Below, piece by piece: positions 30,691 to 42,801 of a stretch of DNA of 64,000 bases. The stretch lies in the NCBI GenBank assembly GCA_963823665.1, contig CAWGMQ010000008.1:1088001-1152000 (forward strand), read 5' to 3'. The notes under the pieces are model-generated. The model was not told where the DNA came from. It ran no database searches and saw only the letters and a program-made list of their open reading frames with translations. The stretch comes from an uncultured Planctomycetota bacterium. GTDB lineage: Bacteria; Planctomycetota; Planctomycetia; Isosphaerales; Isosphaeraceae. Numbering within the stretch: the stretch's first letter is position 1; each line of letters opens with the position of its first letter. Both the position numbers and the translations under genes were made by a program.

Positions 30691-32028
30691 ATGTGCATTT
30701 TGGCGAAGTTACTGGCCGGCACGCTTTCGCTGGCGTCGTGTTTTTGGTGCTCCGCGCTCACGCTCGGGCCACCCGCCCGGGCCAGCGAATCCACAGCCGG
30801 TCTGGGGGTCATCGACGACCACGGCCGAGCGATCGCTCAGCAAGGCCTCGTTCTCATTGATTGGGAAGGATACATCGCGAACCCGGCCGTGAAGTTCTAT
30901 CTCGTGCCTCCCGCCAATACGGCCTTCCCGGCCAGGGCCGTCCTCTCCGCCGCCGAATCGCGCTTGCATTTCGACGTCCCCAGTGACGATCGGGCGCGAT
31001 GGGCCCCGAAAGGTAGTCACCTGGCAAAAGCATGAACGGTTCCCAGTCTATCTCTCGATCTTCCCTGATCGCGACGGCCGGAACGAGGACCATCGACTGC
31101 GCATCGACTTCACCGACGCCCGGGGATCACGAGAATCTCTCAGCCTGCCCGTCCGCGTGATCGATCAGGATCAAAATCGAGCCAGCGAGTTCTCGATCAC
31201 GGTCGATTTTTCGCAGGACCATACCGGGTTCTTCAAGGACCAGGACCGGAGAGCCACTGTCGTCCAGGCAGCCAGTGACTGGGCATACTTTTTCGCGGAT
31301 ATGAACTTGCAGCCAGTCGCAGCGGGCAGCGAGAAAACGCTCATCTGGGGTTCCGATGGATTCAAAACGTCGACTTCAGCTACAAACGCGCATGACTATC
31401 AGGGTTTTCTGCTCTACGCCTACGGAATCCGCAATGAATTGTCCCCGTCAGATTCCAAAATACCGCCGGCCTGGTTGTTACTGAAACGAGACCCGGCCGC
31501 CCGGATGATCCGGTCGGGTGGAGAGCCTTCGCCGTGCGGCGGGTTCCAGATGTCTGATGGCAACAAGAAACCGATCCGCCGCTCGGGTGGCCTGGAGATC
31601 GAGGTCAAGGGCAACTACAACACTCTGGGGTGGATCGTGACTCTCTCGGACGGCGAGTGGTGGAAGGCCGCAAACTCCGGGGATGCAGCGGCAGACTTGT
31701 ACTCGATCGCCCACCACGAAATTGGCCATGCTCTCATCTTCAACCCCAACAACTTGTTAATCAAGCGCGGCGAGACATTGAAAGACGAACGGATTCGCGC
31801 CTATCTCGGCAGCTCGCCGGCACTGAATCAGTCGGACCATCTCGACGGCGTGATCGACCCGGCGAGCCTGCACGGCGCCTTCGGCAACGAATACCACGGC
31901 CGGATGCCCCGAGGCCGCTGGCTGATCACCAAGCTCGACCTTCTTTGCGCCGCGCGATCGGTTACGAGCTTCGGGAGACGTCGGCCTTCAGGGCTGATCG
32001 CGAAATTGATAGAGGCGGGGGGGGTTAG
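30691..32028 (+). CDS. Exported zinc metalloprotease-like protein (frameshifts near 30990 and 31950)
   Basis: Signal peptide ending ARA-S; DLYSIAHHEIGHAL (HExxH). Confidence 0.7.
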
Positions 32029-32069
32029 TTGCTCCCTGTCAAACACGTGCCGACTGATCCACCGGCCCG

Positions 32070-35000
32070 TCACTGGGGTTGAAGGACGCCCCCGCTGAAT
32101 TCCACTCCCTTCATCTCCTCGCCCGGCGAGCTCTCCCACACCCACACCTTGCCGTCTGCCGATGCCGCGGCAAGCGCACTGCCGTCCGGGCTGAACGCAA
32201 CGCCGTGGACACGGTCGCGCGGCCCGCGGATGACCAGCAGCTCGCGGCCGCGGGCGACGTCCCAGATGCGGACGGTCTGATCCAATCCCCCGGATGCCAG
32301 CCGCGATCCATCCGGGCTGAACGCAATGCTCATCACAAAGTTCATGTGGCCCTCGAGCTTAAAGATCAATCGGCCGGTCGCGACATCCCAGAAGCCGATC
32401 GTCCTGTCCGCTCCCGCGGCGGCGACTTTCGTGCCGTCGGGGCTTAGCGCCAGTGTGAACAGGGGACGCTCAAACTCTTTCAGGTTGAGGGTCGCCTCGC
32501 CGGTCTCGGCGTTCCACACTCGCACGGAGCCATCCGCGCCCGAGGAGATCAGCCGCTTGTCGTCGGGACTGAACGCGATCGCGTGGATCGAGCCGGTGTG
32601 CCCTGCGAGCGTGCGCAGGGGCACGCCGCTGGACGCGTTCCAGAGGCGGATCGTTCGCGCATCGCTTTGGGGCGGAGAAAACTTTCCGATCGGGGCCTGG
32701 ACGATTTCAGGGGCATCGCCCCCGCCGGTCGCGATCGTTTTCCCGTCGTGACTGAACGCAACACTGGCAATGCCTTCGATATGATCGGAAATCACCAAAG
32801 GCTCGGCGCCGCTCGTCAGGCTATGGACCCAAACCGACCGATCGCTACCGGCAAACGCGAGTCGCGCCCGGTGGGGTCATAGGCGAGTGCGAACGGGCTG
32901 CCCATCGGAGTTTCGAGGGTTCGCTCGAGATTCCCCGATCGCAGACCCCAGAGCGCAACCGTCTCATCCGTGCCGGCGGCGGCAACCTGCGCTCCGTCCG
33001 GCCGAAAGGCGACTCCACCACGCCAGCGAACAAGAGGGGCATCGCCGTTAAAGCTCGTTTCCAGGTTCTTTCCTCGTACTTGCGCACGGAGAAACGCGCA
33101 CTCCTCGGTCGGATGCCAGGTCCCAGAGCTTTGATCGTCGCGTGCTGGCCGGCCGAGATCAGCTTGGTTCCATCATTGTTGAATGCGACCTCGAAAACCG
33201 GGTCCGTATGGCCCCGCAGGATGCCTGCGGGATTTCCATTGCGTGAATCCCAAAGACCGATTGGGCCGTCCTGGCTGCCGATCGCAAGTCCGTTTCCGTC
33301 GGGGCTGTAGGCGATCGCGTTCACTCGACTCGCGGCCGCGTGGAAGCTTGCTTCGTTCCCTGCCGGTGGATGCTTCCCAGATGCGCACATAGCGATCGGC
33401 GCCGCCGGATGCGATCAACTGGCCGCGCGGATCAAACGCGACGCACCACGCCCCGCCTTCATGTCCGCGGAAGATCACCGGCTTGCCGGAGTTGCTCTGC
33501 GAAATGTCCCAGACGCGCACGCTTCCGTCCTTGCCGGCAGCAGCAATCCGCTTGCCGTCGGGGCTCCAGGCAACGCCGAAGACTCCGCCGCATTCCGCGG
33601 CAATGACGAGCGAGGCACACCGGACTCGCGCTTGGCTTGATCGATTCGCGCGGCAAGATCCCAGATGCACACCTTGTCATCTTGTCCGGCCGAGGCGAGC
33701 CGATTGCCGTCGGGACTGAACGCGACGTCGGCGGCCCAGCCCTCGTGGGCGCGGAAGGCGTGATCGAGCCGCCCGGCGACGACGTTCCAGACCTTGACCT
33801 GCCCGTCCGATCCAGCCGTGGCCAGCCGAATTCCACGGCGATCGATTGCCGCGCCGAAGGAGGTGCCGTCGGGGCCGTGGAGCCGGCGGCTCCGCACGCC
33901 GTTGCCGGTATCCCACATCGAGCCGGAAGGAAGCTCCGACTCGACAGCGCCCGTCCCAGTTTCCCGGTCGAAAATCGCTGCGCGCAGAGGAACGCGGAGT
34001 GCCCGGTGATCGTCAGCATGTCGCCGTTCAGCCGGTTCTTGAGATAGCCCCACTCCCAGCCTCGTAGCCGCGGCGGGCATTTTTCCAGCTCGGCGGCGAT
34101 CAAACCCGGATCTTCGCGAGTCGGATCGGTGTTCGCCAGCAGACCGTCGATCGAGAGGATCTGCTTGGCGTAGCCTTCTTCCTCGGCTCGCAGCTTCTGG
34201 GCGTGCTCGTATACCGCCGCCTGCTCCGAGCGTTGCTGTTTTTCGCGAAGTTCCGTCGTGCTGATATATCCGCGAATCGCCGCTGCGCTGGCGAGCGCGG
34301 CAATACTCGCGAACAGAATGAGCGCCGCCGCCGCCGGCCGGCGGCGCACCCACTTCACCGCGCGCTCGAGGCGCGTCGCCGGCCGTGCCCGGATCGGTAG
34401 ATCCGCGAGCCAGCGCTCGAGGTCTTCCGCCAGCGCTTCGGCCGAATGGTAGCGCTTGAGCGGGTTCTTCTCGAGGCACTTGAGCACGATCGTCGCCAGG
34501 TCGCGATCGACCCCGGGATTCAGCGTGCTGGGATGTTCCGGATCTTGTTCGCGCACTAATCGCAGCGTTTCGAGCATTGTCTCGGCACGGAAGGGCGGGC
34601 GGCCGGTGAGCAGCTCGAACAGGATAGCCCCCAGGGCGTGAACGTCGGTCGCGGTCGTCACCGATTCGCGGCGTCCCTCGGCCTGCTCGGGTGCCATGTA
34701 ACTTGGCGTGGCGGCGATCGAGCCCGATTGGGTCAGCGCTGCCGCTTGCTCCTCGACCCGCTTGGCCAGGCCGAAATCGGTGACCAGCGGAACCAGCTCC
34801 TCGAGCGGCGAATCGCTGCGTCCCGAGAGCAGGATGTTTGCCGGTTTCAGATCGCGGTGCAGGATGCCTCGCTGATGCACGTAGTGCACGGCCCTGGCAA
34901 CCGTGGCGGTGAGCCGCGCGGCGGCACGCGGCGCCGATCGAAATCGCTCAACCTGCGCGGCCAGATTGCCGCCGTCCACGAGCTTCATGCTGAAGTAGTG

Positions 35001-35645
35001 GTGCCCGTCGTGCTCGCCGACTTCGTAAATCGGCACGATGTGCGGGTGATCCAGATGCGCGGCCGCTTCGGCCTCGAGCCGGAATCGCTGCAGATCGTCG
35101 GATGTCGCGAATCGCCCCGCGCGCACCATCTTGAGCGCGAGCGTGCGGTTCAAGCTAACCTGGCGGGCCTTGTAAACCACACCCATCCCGCCCTGCGCGA
35201 TCACCTCGATCAGCTCGTAATCACCAAAGTAGCTGATCCTTGCTTCGCGAGACTGGCGAGGGTCTGCGCCGAGCGCGATGCCTGACCCGTGCACGCCGGT
35301 GCGATCGAATTCGGCTTGAGCGGCGGAAAGCCCCGGAAACGGCACGGTTGCCGCACACCCGGGAGCATCCAGGTCGTCATCAAGCCCACCTTCGCGGCGA
35401 GTTTCAGTCCCCGTTGTTCCCTCGCGGAGAGGGGCGGTCAATCGCGACAGGTGGTCCTGGTTGGCGAAGAAGATGGAAAGCTCGTCGGCCAGATCCGGGT
35501 GATCGGCCTTGAGAGCAGCGCGATCAACGGGCGTGCCTGATTCGACCGCTTCGAGATAGGCCGCGATGACATCGTCCAGCCGTCCGTCGCTTGCTGCGGA
35601 CCGATCGCGATTCGGCTCGGACGAGTGCTTGGCGATTGCAGACAT
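32070..35645 (-). CDS. Hanks-type Ser/Thr kinase with WD40 repeats (several frameshifts)
   Basis: [32 protein letters not shown]+TM, RGWEW, many GH...AFSPDG...WD repeats across ORFs 33459, 33475, 33173, 32845 and 32070. Confidence 0.92.
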
Positions 35646-35660
35646 GACAGTAGCCCCGGT

Positions 35661-36254
35661 TCAGCGATCCAGGTTCTTTCGCAGCGATTTGAGCCCGCGG
35701 TGGAGCATTCCTGCGACCGCCGACTTGGTTGTGCCGAGCTCGAGCGCGATCTCGGCCAGCGGCCGCCCTTGCAAGTGATGAAGCTCGATCGCGCGGCGCT
35801 GACCGTCCGGCAGCGTCGCGAGTGATTCGGCCATCCTGAGCAATTCTTCCTGCCTGATCGCTTGCCGGCTGGGAGACGACTGCTCGGCAGCCAGCCACTG
35901 TTCGACGCGAGATGCCGATTGGTCGAGCGCCCGGTCGAGAGACCACTCGCGGCGAAAGTCGCGTTTGTGGGCAGTCAGCTTGCGGAGCACGTCCGCGAGA
36001 TTGTGGGAGAGGATCGAACGCAGCCATGCGGCGACCTCCGGGGCCGTCCGCGTCGGCCGCCGTTCCTCGAGCATGCCCTGGTGAGCTTCGAGCAGTGTTT
36101 GTTGAACGACGCCGGAGAGATCGACCTTGTCGCGCAGCCGCGGTGCGACCTCCAGGCGGGCAAGCAGATCCAGATAGGCGCGGAACCGCTCGAGCTGCTC
36201 CGGCCCGAGCGGCCCCTCCGCCAGTTCCTCGACGATTCGCGCTCTAGTCGTCAT
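35661..36254 (-). CDS. Soluble ECF sigma factor, planctomycete kinase-associated type
   Basis: RAYLDLLAR..LRDKVDLSGVVQQTLLEAH, WLRSIL, SSPS, LHRGLKSLR; lies 15 bp upstream of the kinase. Confidence 0.92.
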   Translation of the reverse strand: MTTRARIVEELAEGPLGPEQLERFRAYLDLLARLEVAPRLRDKVDLSGVVQQTLLEAHQGMLEERRPTRTAPEVAAWLRSILSHNLADVLRKLTAHKRDFRREWSLDRALDQSASRVEQWLAAEQSSPSRQAIRQEELLRMAESLATLPDGQRRAIELHHLQGRPLAEIALELGTTKSAVAGMLHRGLKSLRKNLDR

Positions 36255-36294
36255 GAAGATCATTCTATCCAAGTGCTGCGGTTCGCGCGGCGGA

Positions 36295-38264
36295 TCAAAT
36301 CCCGGTCTTGGCAGAAGCCGGGGGCTCTGGCGCCGGGTTTGACGCGGCCTCCGGAGCGGCCTTTGTGATGATCGACCGCCACTCGGACATCGCGAGAGTC
36401 GGTTTGCCCTGTTCCTCGAGCAGGAACGCCAGCAGCATCCGCGCCGTTCGCTCACTGGAGCGATCGGTGCCGCCTTTCGCGGGCAGCGAGATCTGAGCAC
36501 GAAGCGAGCTTTCGACTGCCGCCAGACGGCCGCTTCGCAGGCGCAAGCGGCGTAGGCACGGCCGATCCACCAGTCTCGCATGCCGGGAATCTGCGACTCG
36601 AGGAACTCGGGCGCCAGGCTTCGAGCAGCCAGCTCAACCCGTCGTGCGTAGGCTTCCGCGGCCTTGGCGTCGTCGCCGCTTCCGTCGAGCGCGGTTGCTC
36701 TGATCTCGACGGCCGCGGGCGCATCCTCGATCTTCTGGCCCGGCGGCAACGGATAGGTAACAAGCGCCCTGAGCACGGCGTTTGCCTCTGACCTGGCCTC
36801 CTGATCCTGGCCCACCTGGCGCAGCAGTCGCGCCAGTTGTGCTCGAAGCGAGAGTGCGTTCGGGTCAAGCGGCTTGCCGTCGCCGGCGTTGTGGAGCGCG
36901 GCGCGGAGGTCGGTCACGAAGTCGGTGAGCAGCAGCTTGCCGCAAAGCGCTTTGACCTTCTCATCGCTGGTCGTCTTCGCGACGTGACGGACGATCGGCT
37001 CCAGAAAGCGGCCCTGGTCGTATAGAAAACGATAGGCTTTCGCGATTTCACTTGGTTTGCCTGAGGCAAAGCCGGCTATCGCCGCTTCGGCCTTCCGCTG
37101 GCGAGCGGCTGAGAGCATCTCCAGACGCCCCACCATCACACGTACGATCTTCCTGGGCGCGGGCTCGATGTTCATCGGGATGCAGTCGTCCGTCCACGAT
37201 TGCGGCAAGACAAACAGCACGCGAATTCCCTCGGTCTGGAAATAGCTGCTCTGCCAGGTGTTGACCATCGCCCGCGCCTCCTTGCTGAAAAGGCCACTGC
37301 CGGCAAGCCGCGCCGCCAGGTCGTCGCCGATCTTCCTGGTAAACTCCGCCAGAGGCATGGCTTTATCCATCGTCGGGATCACGCCGCTTGTGCTTTCCCC
37401 GGGCCGCATTTCAGCGCGGTAGGTGTAAGCGCCGCGGCCTCCTTCAACTCGCAAGACGAAGACGTCGCGCACGCCTTCGCTCACATCGACCTGAGGGTCG
37501 AGAGTCAGCGTACCGTCGCCGCTCTCCTCGATGCGCAGCGGCAGCCTCGCGGCGCCGAGCCCGCGGTAGAACAGGAACTTCTCGTATTCCTCAGCCGGCT
37601 TGGCCCGAGCGGCGTCGACCGTCTTGACGAACGCAGCATCAACCTCGCGGGCATGATTCCAGAGCGCGTCCGTGCTGGTCTGCGGCAGCATGCTGTTGAT
37701 TTCAGACGCCGTACCGCGCTGCTTGGTGCCGTTAGCGGGCATCGCGGACCTGGGAACGACTTCAGCAAACCAGCAGATACGCCCCCCTGCGAGCTTTCCC
37801 GCTTGCTCGGCCTGCGTGGCGAGACTCGGGACCACCAGCGCGGCCTGGGGATACCACTGGGTCCAGATCCCTTGGGGAAACCCGACTCCGACACGCACCT
37901 TCTGCTTTTCCTTGGTATAGAAATAGATGACCGGCGTTTCGCCCTTCAGGAACATCTGCGGCAGCTTGAGCTGATCGCGGCTCCGGCCGTGCACAAACGC
38001 GGGCAGAGCGTGCTCTTCGTGATACATCCCGTCCAGGGCCGTGCCATCTGCGCTGCTCATGCCCAGGAACGTGCCCCATTCGTGCACGACCAGGTCGCTG
38101 GTCTTCGCCAACGACGGCGTCTGCTTTTCATCTGGGTGCGGCAGCAGCGTTACACCCCGTACGCCGACAGAAACACAAATGCTTGCTGCAGCGGTTGTTA
38201 CGACAAGGAACACCGAACGCAGCAGCGCTCGCCCACATGAACTCGCAAATCGCATCGATCTCAT
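36295..38264 (-). CDS. Exported hypothetical protein with VHEWGTF / ETPVIYFY domain and helical C-terminus (frameshift near 36540)
   Basis: N-terminal hydrophobic segment and conserved-looking blocks. The true C-terminus is probably ORF 36295-36570. Confidence 0.78.
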
Positions 38265-38655
38265 CGCAATGACCTCCGCCCTAGAGAGTTGCCCGCCGGC
38301 ACGTTGGAAGCTCGCCCGGAAGTCTTCCGGCGAGAATCACCTTCGTGTCGCTGTAAGGTTTCCCAGGGTATGAGGCGTATTATCGCCGCGGAGGGAGCGC
38401 GCCGCGGCCGCTTCGGCAAAGGGCGCGCGACCTGCCGATTGTGAAGTTTTCTGAATTCGCACCCCGATCATGCCGCCGGGAAAGTGCGAATTCCGATTCC
38501 CATCTTGTAAGGTGAGGCAGTCCGCGAAGGATCCTCGCGTCTGGTTTTTTTCGAGAGTTGCATCGGCCTGAGCGGTTCAGTCTGCCGCCTAAAACCTTGT
38601 AGCACGAACGAAGAAAGCCGGAGAAGAACCGGATTTCGTCACGGAGGATGAGATC

Positions 38656-39816
38656 ATGGATACAATATTTACACGGGCGCGAGGCGGGTCTCGCACGCAA
38701 GGTAGCGGGACGAAGGCGTGGTCGGGTCGTTCCGTGGAGACGCTCGAAGAGCGCCAGCTTCTCTCGAGCGGGATGGGGGTGGGATTGCTGGGCGGATTTG
38801 GGGCGGTCAAGGGGCGTGCGGCCGAGATGTCCTCGTTCCGCATGGGACGTCAGGGCGGTTTTTTCGGAGGTGGGTCTCTTGGGTTGGGCGGGGGTATGAG
38901 CAACCCCACTTTGCTGCTGACAGCGCCCCTTCTCGAGGGTGGGAGTGGTCAATCCGCGCCGCCGTCGCCGGCCGTGTTTTCGAACTCGGCTGTCCAGTCG
39001 GCGATGCAGACCCTGCAAACGGACTTGAAGACGGACATTCCCAGCGGGACCAAGCCGACCCACGCCTCAGTCGGCGCCCTCGAAGACGACCTGGACGCGA
39101 TCCGCAAGGGAACGCTTACCGGCAGTGCCGCGACGACCAAGATTCAGTCTGACCAGGCTGCGATACTTTCCAGCATGGGATTGACCGCTGCGCAGGTTTC
39201 GCAAATCCAGTCCGACCAGCAGGCGCTTCAGACGGCGATCTCGAATGCGAGTACGAGTACAAGTACAAGCACGACGGGCACGTCGACGGCGAGCACCTCA
39301 ACGACGACCAGCACGTCGACGGGTCCTTCATCGGCGGTTCAGACCGCCATGCAGACCTTGCAAACTGCCCTGCAAACCGACACGCCGAGCAACCCGACGA
39401 TCAGTCACGAGGCGATCGGACAGGTGCAGGATGATCTCGACGCGATCCGCAAGGGTACGCTGACCGGCAGCGCGGCGGTGACGCAAGTCCAGACTGATGC
39501 GGCAGCCGTGCTCACAAGCATGGGGTTGACCTCGACCCAGGTTTCGCAGATCCAGTCTGACCAGCAAGCGCTCGCGGCGGCGATTGCGGCCGATCCCAAT
39601 GCGCCGACGATGACAACCGGCGGCACGAGCTCGGCAACGCTGAGCACGCTCCAGTCGGTCTCGGCGTACCTTGTGGGGCTGCCGGGCATCTCGAGCTTCG
39701 GCCCGGGCGGCGGCATTGCAATCCGCGGCTTTGGGGCCGGAGGCATGGGACGCGGGGGCTTCGGGCAAGGAGGAGGCTTCGGGCCCGGAGGCGGGTCGGC
39801 CATGATGTGGCGATAA
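38656..39816 (+). CDS. Exported low-complexity protein with LEPRxLL-type motif and two 85-aa LTXXQ-containing repeats
   Basis: VETLEERQLLS; repeats at 38986-39240 and 39331-39585; S/T linker; Gly-rich ends. Confidence 0.85.
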   Translation: MDTIFTRARGGSRTQGSGTKAWSGRSVETLEERQLLSSGMGVGLLGGFGAVKGRAAEMSSFRMGRQGGFFGGGSLGLGGGMSNPTLLLTAPLLEGGSGQSAPPSPAVFSNSAVQSAMQTLQTDLKTDIPSGTKPTHASVGALEDDLDAIRKGTLTGSAATTKIQSDQAAILSSMGLTAAQVSQIQSDQQALQTAISNASTSTSTSTTGTSTASTSTTTSTSTGPSSAVQTAMQTLQTALQTDTPSNPTISHEAIGQVQDDLDAIRKGTLTGSAAVTQVQTDAAAVLTSMGLTSTQVSQIQSDQQALAAAIAADPNAPTMTTGGTSSATLSTLQSVSAYLVGLPGISSFGPGGGIAIRGFGAGGMGRGGFGQGGGFGPGGGSAMMWR

Positions 39817-39831
39817 CGATCGATGCGAGCC

Positions 39832-39861
39832 CGCTCGGGGGGCCGTCGCGTCCCCCGAGCG
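39832..39861 (+). terminator. GC hairpin after the LTXXQ gene (terminator or mRNA stabiliser)
   Basis: CGCTCGGGGG-N10-CCCCCGAGCG perfect 10-bp stem, no U tract. Confidence 0.4.
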
Positions 39862-39898
39862 AGTTGCAAGAATCCGAACCTTCTACGAGTCGACCGCA

Positions 39899-40687
39899 AT
39901 GAATTTTGAAGACACCTTGGCGACCCCGTGCATCGCCGACAATCGACCGATTAACGGCGACGAGCTTCAACCCTCCTCGACCGAGCCCCAGCTCTCTGTT
40001 CTCTTGATTGAAGACGACGTCGAGCTTTGCGAACTGATGCGCGAGTTCTTCGCCGCGCGCGGGATCCGCATCGAGGCGATCCACGACGGCCGGCGCGGAC
40101 TGGCGCAGGCCTTTGCCGTATCCTATGATTTGATATTGCTTGACGTGATGTTGCCGGGGCTGGACGGGTTTGAAGTTCTGCGGCAAGTGCGCCGTCGCAG
40201 CGCGGTGCCGATCATCATGCTGACCGCTCGAACAGATAAGGTCGATCGGATCGCGGGGCTTGATTCCGGCGCCGACGACTATCTGCCCAAGCCGTTTGAT
40301 CCCGAGGAGCTGACGGCCCGGATGCGCGCGGTGCTGCGGTGCGCGGGAGGGATGGGGCGCGCGGGCGCGGACGCCATCGAGGTGAACGGTGTCAAGCTCT
40401 CTGCGGGCACGCGCGAAGTCTGGGCCGACGGCAAGCCAATCGAGCTGACAACGATCGAGTTTGATATCCTGGACCTGATCGCTCGCGCCGCCGGCCGTGT
40501 CGTGTCGCGCCACGAGCTGACTGCCGCGATCCACCAGCGGCCGATTTCGCCGCTTGATCGCTCGCTCGATGTCCACGTCAGCCACATTCGCAAGAAACTG
40601 GGCGGGCTCGGGGAGCTCATCCGCACCGTGCGGGGAGTAGGTTATCTGTTCCGGGCCGAGCTGCTCGATTCCAACGAGACCCGCTGA
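39899..40687 (+). CDS. OmpR-family response regulator (CpxR-like)
   Basis: LLIEDD.EL, LLDVMLP, GADDYLPKPF, DRSLDVHVSHIRKKL, IRTVRGVGY. Confidence 0.95.
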   Translation: MNFEDTLATPCIADNRPINGDELQPSSTEPQLSVLLIEDDVELCELMREFFAARGIRIEAIHDGRRGLAQAFAVSYDLILLDVMLPGLDGFEVLRQVRRRSAVPIIMLTARTDKVDRIAGLDSGADDYLPKPFDPEELTARMRAVLRCAGGMGRAGADAIEVNGVKLSAGTREVWADGKPIELTTIEFDILDLIARAAGRVVSRHELTAAIHQRPISPLDRSLDVHVSHIRKKLGGLGELIRTVRGVGYLFRAELLDSNETR

Positions 40688-42018
40688 TGAAGATCCGGGT
40701 GAGGTCGATCTTCACAAAAATCGTGGGTTGGGCCGTTGCTACGGTGGTGATTTCGCTGGTTGGGTTCGTCGTGACCTCGGCGTTCGTCTCAGCCCGGATT
40801 TCAGGGCGAAGCGCCACGTCGCCGCGGCTCTCCATGATGTATCTGGACGATGCCCGCCGCGCCTTTCAGGAAGGGGGCGCCAGAAGGCTCGACACCTTCC
40901 TGAAGCGGCTCAACGAGCACACCGAGTCGGAGCACTATCTCACCGACGGACGGGGCGTCGACCTGGTGACCGGCGAAGACAGATCGGCGCTCCGGATGTC
41001 TGACCCGTCAACCTACCGCTCGCCGGGATTGCCGTACTTGCCACGGAGCGAGACGTCGGTTCGAGTGCGCCGGTCGCGCGACGGCCGATTTCGCCTGATC
41101 ACGATTGTGCCGCCGACCGCCCATTTCGACCCGTGGGAGTCGCTGTGGTACTTTCTCTGGCTGCCGCTGGCGATCGCCGTGCTTTGTTACGTGCTGGCGG
41201 TGCACCTGGCCTCACCGCTGCGAAATCTCCGGAAGGTGGTCGAGCGGTTCGGCCGCGGCGACCTGGGAGCACGGTCCGAGCTCTCGCGGAGAGACGAGAT
41301 CGGCGAGCTGGCGCGCGCCTTCAACCTGATGGCCGGCCAGATCACGACGCTGCTGGCAGCGGAGCGGCGATTGCTTCAGGACGTCTCCCACGAGCTGCGA
41401 TCGCCACTGGCCCGGCTGGGCTTCGCCGTCGAGCTGGCCAAGACCAGCCCGGATCGCGAGCAGGCACTCGGCCGAATTCGCCAGGAAGCCGACCGCCTCG
41501 CACACCTGGTCGACGAGCTGCTTCAGCTCACGCGAGCGGAAGGCGACCCGGCCGCCCGGGTACACGAAGAGGTCGATCTACGCGAGCTGCTGCACGAGGT
41601 CGTCGCCAGTTGCGAGCTCGAAGCCGAGATGCAGGGCTGCCACCTGGATTCGAAGATTGACACGGCCGCCGTGCTGACCGGTGATTCCGAGCTGTTGCAG
41701 CGCGCCTGCGACAACGTGCTCCACAACGCCATCCGGCATGCCCCGAAGGGAACGGCGGTCGCGGTTGAGCTTTTGACTCACGATCACCGAATCACGATCT
41801 CGTTCCGCGACCACGGTCCCGGCGTTCCCGCCGATGAGCTTTCCGAGATCTTCAGACCTTTCTACCGCGTTGAATCCGACCGTGGCCGCGCCAGCGGCGG
41901 AGTCGGCCTGGGGCTGGCGATTGCCAGCCGTGCCGTCGAGCTCCACCAGGGCAAGATCACGGCCCGGAACGCCAACCCCGGGCTCCTGGTCGAGATCGAG
42001 CTGCCGACGGGACAGTGA
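40687..42018 (+). CDS. HAMP sensor histidine kinase (CpxA-like)
   Basis: Two TM helices, HAMP (RRDEIGELA..FN.MA), RLLQDVSHELRSPLARL, PFYRV..DR.R.SGG.GLGLAI. Confidence 0.95.
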   Translation: MKIRVRSIFTKIVGWAVATVVISLVGFVVTSAFVSARISGRSATSPRLSMMYLDDARRAFQEGGARRLDTFLKRLNEHTESEHYLTDGRGVDLVTGEDRSALRMSDPSTYRSPGLPYLPRSETSVRVRRSRDGRFRLITIVPPTAHFDPWESLWYFLWLPLAIAVLCYVLAVHLASPLRNLRKVVERFGRGDLGARSELSRRDEIGELARAFNLMAGQITTLLAAERRLLQDVSHELRSPLARLGFAVELAKTSPDREQALGRIRQEADRLAHLVDELLQLTRAEGDPAARVHEEVDLRELLHEVVASCELEAEMQGCHLDSKIDTAAVLTGDSELLQRACDNVLHNAIRHAPKGTAVAVELLTHDHRITISFRDHGPGVPADELSEIFRPFYRVESDRGRASGGVGLGLAIASRAVELHQGKITARNANPGLLVEIELPTGQ

Positions 42019-42080
42019 GCCCGGTGCCGTGCCGGAGCATGGCGCCGACTCCGCAGAAGCCGGTGGCCGCGGTTCTGGCG

Positions 42081-42530
42081 TTATCGTGGCCGCGCTGGGC
42101 GGTCGGTGTCGACGATCAGCCGGTTGCCGGCGATCTCCTCCCAGGCGAAGAACTTGAAATTCTGGCGCCCTTCGCGGCCGGGTTTGCCGTCTTGACAGAC
42201 AAAAAGGCCCCGAGGAAACTTCGTTGACGTGGCGACGTTCGTCAGTTCGATCCCGTCGGTTTGCCCTGGCTTCGCGATCGTGCCGGCCACCGGGTCGATG
42301 GTCGTCACGAACGCGTTTGAGCCGTCACGACGATAGACGAGAAACGTGTTCGCACCCTGGCTCGATGCGATCAAGTAGCCGCTGGACCGGGCTGCGTAAT
42401 AGATCGTCAACCCCTCGACGTCCGCGGCCAGGCCGTTTTCTCCCACACGGGCGACCAAGGTGCGGTCTTGGCCGTCGCCCGGCTCGGCGCCGAAACGCCA
42501 GATCCCGACTTTTTCTTCGCCGACATCAGC
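42081..42530 (-). pseudogene. C-terminal fragment of a beta-propeller phytase
   Basis: GEEKVGIWRFGAEP, DVEGLTIY, GYLIASSQG, TDGI, FP.GLFVCQDG, QNFK. No N-terminal half or plausible start is present. Confidence 0.8.
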
Positions 42531-42801
42531 CGCTCAACGTCAAACAGCACCACACAAGCATCTCGAGCCCGATCGGCCGCCGCAAGTTCACCATCGGGCA
42601 GTACCTCGCTCGAAACCAGCGTCCACAGTGATCCGTCGCACACGCGGCTTGCAATCGATCGCTCGAATCGACTACACCCCCTCGCAAGCGAAACTTTCAT
42701 TCTATGTCTCGATGTTCAGCCGTGATGAAGCAACCGAGAAGTTTTGGGTAAACCGTTCCCGTTGGGTCGGCCCATTCAGTCCAAACGCAAGCCTCGCGCC
42801 C

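Noticed and set aside
35661..38264. 867-aa ORF suggesting a novel exported-domain / C-terminal sigma factor fusion
   Set aside because: The linker reads as out-of-frame sequence, and an alternative frame (36295-36570) gives a sensible C-terminus and stop. The fusion is most likely a frameshift artefact.
38340..38640. CpxR-type binding boxes upstream of the LTXXQ gene
   Set aside because: Isolated GTAAG and GAAGAA words lack convincing 10-11 bp repeat spacing
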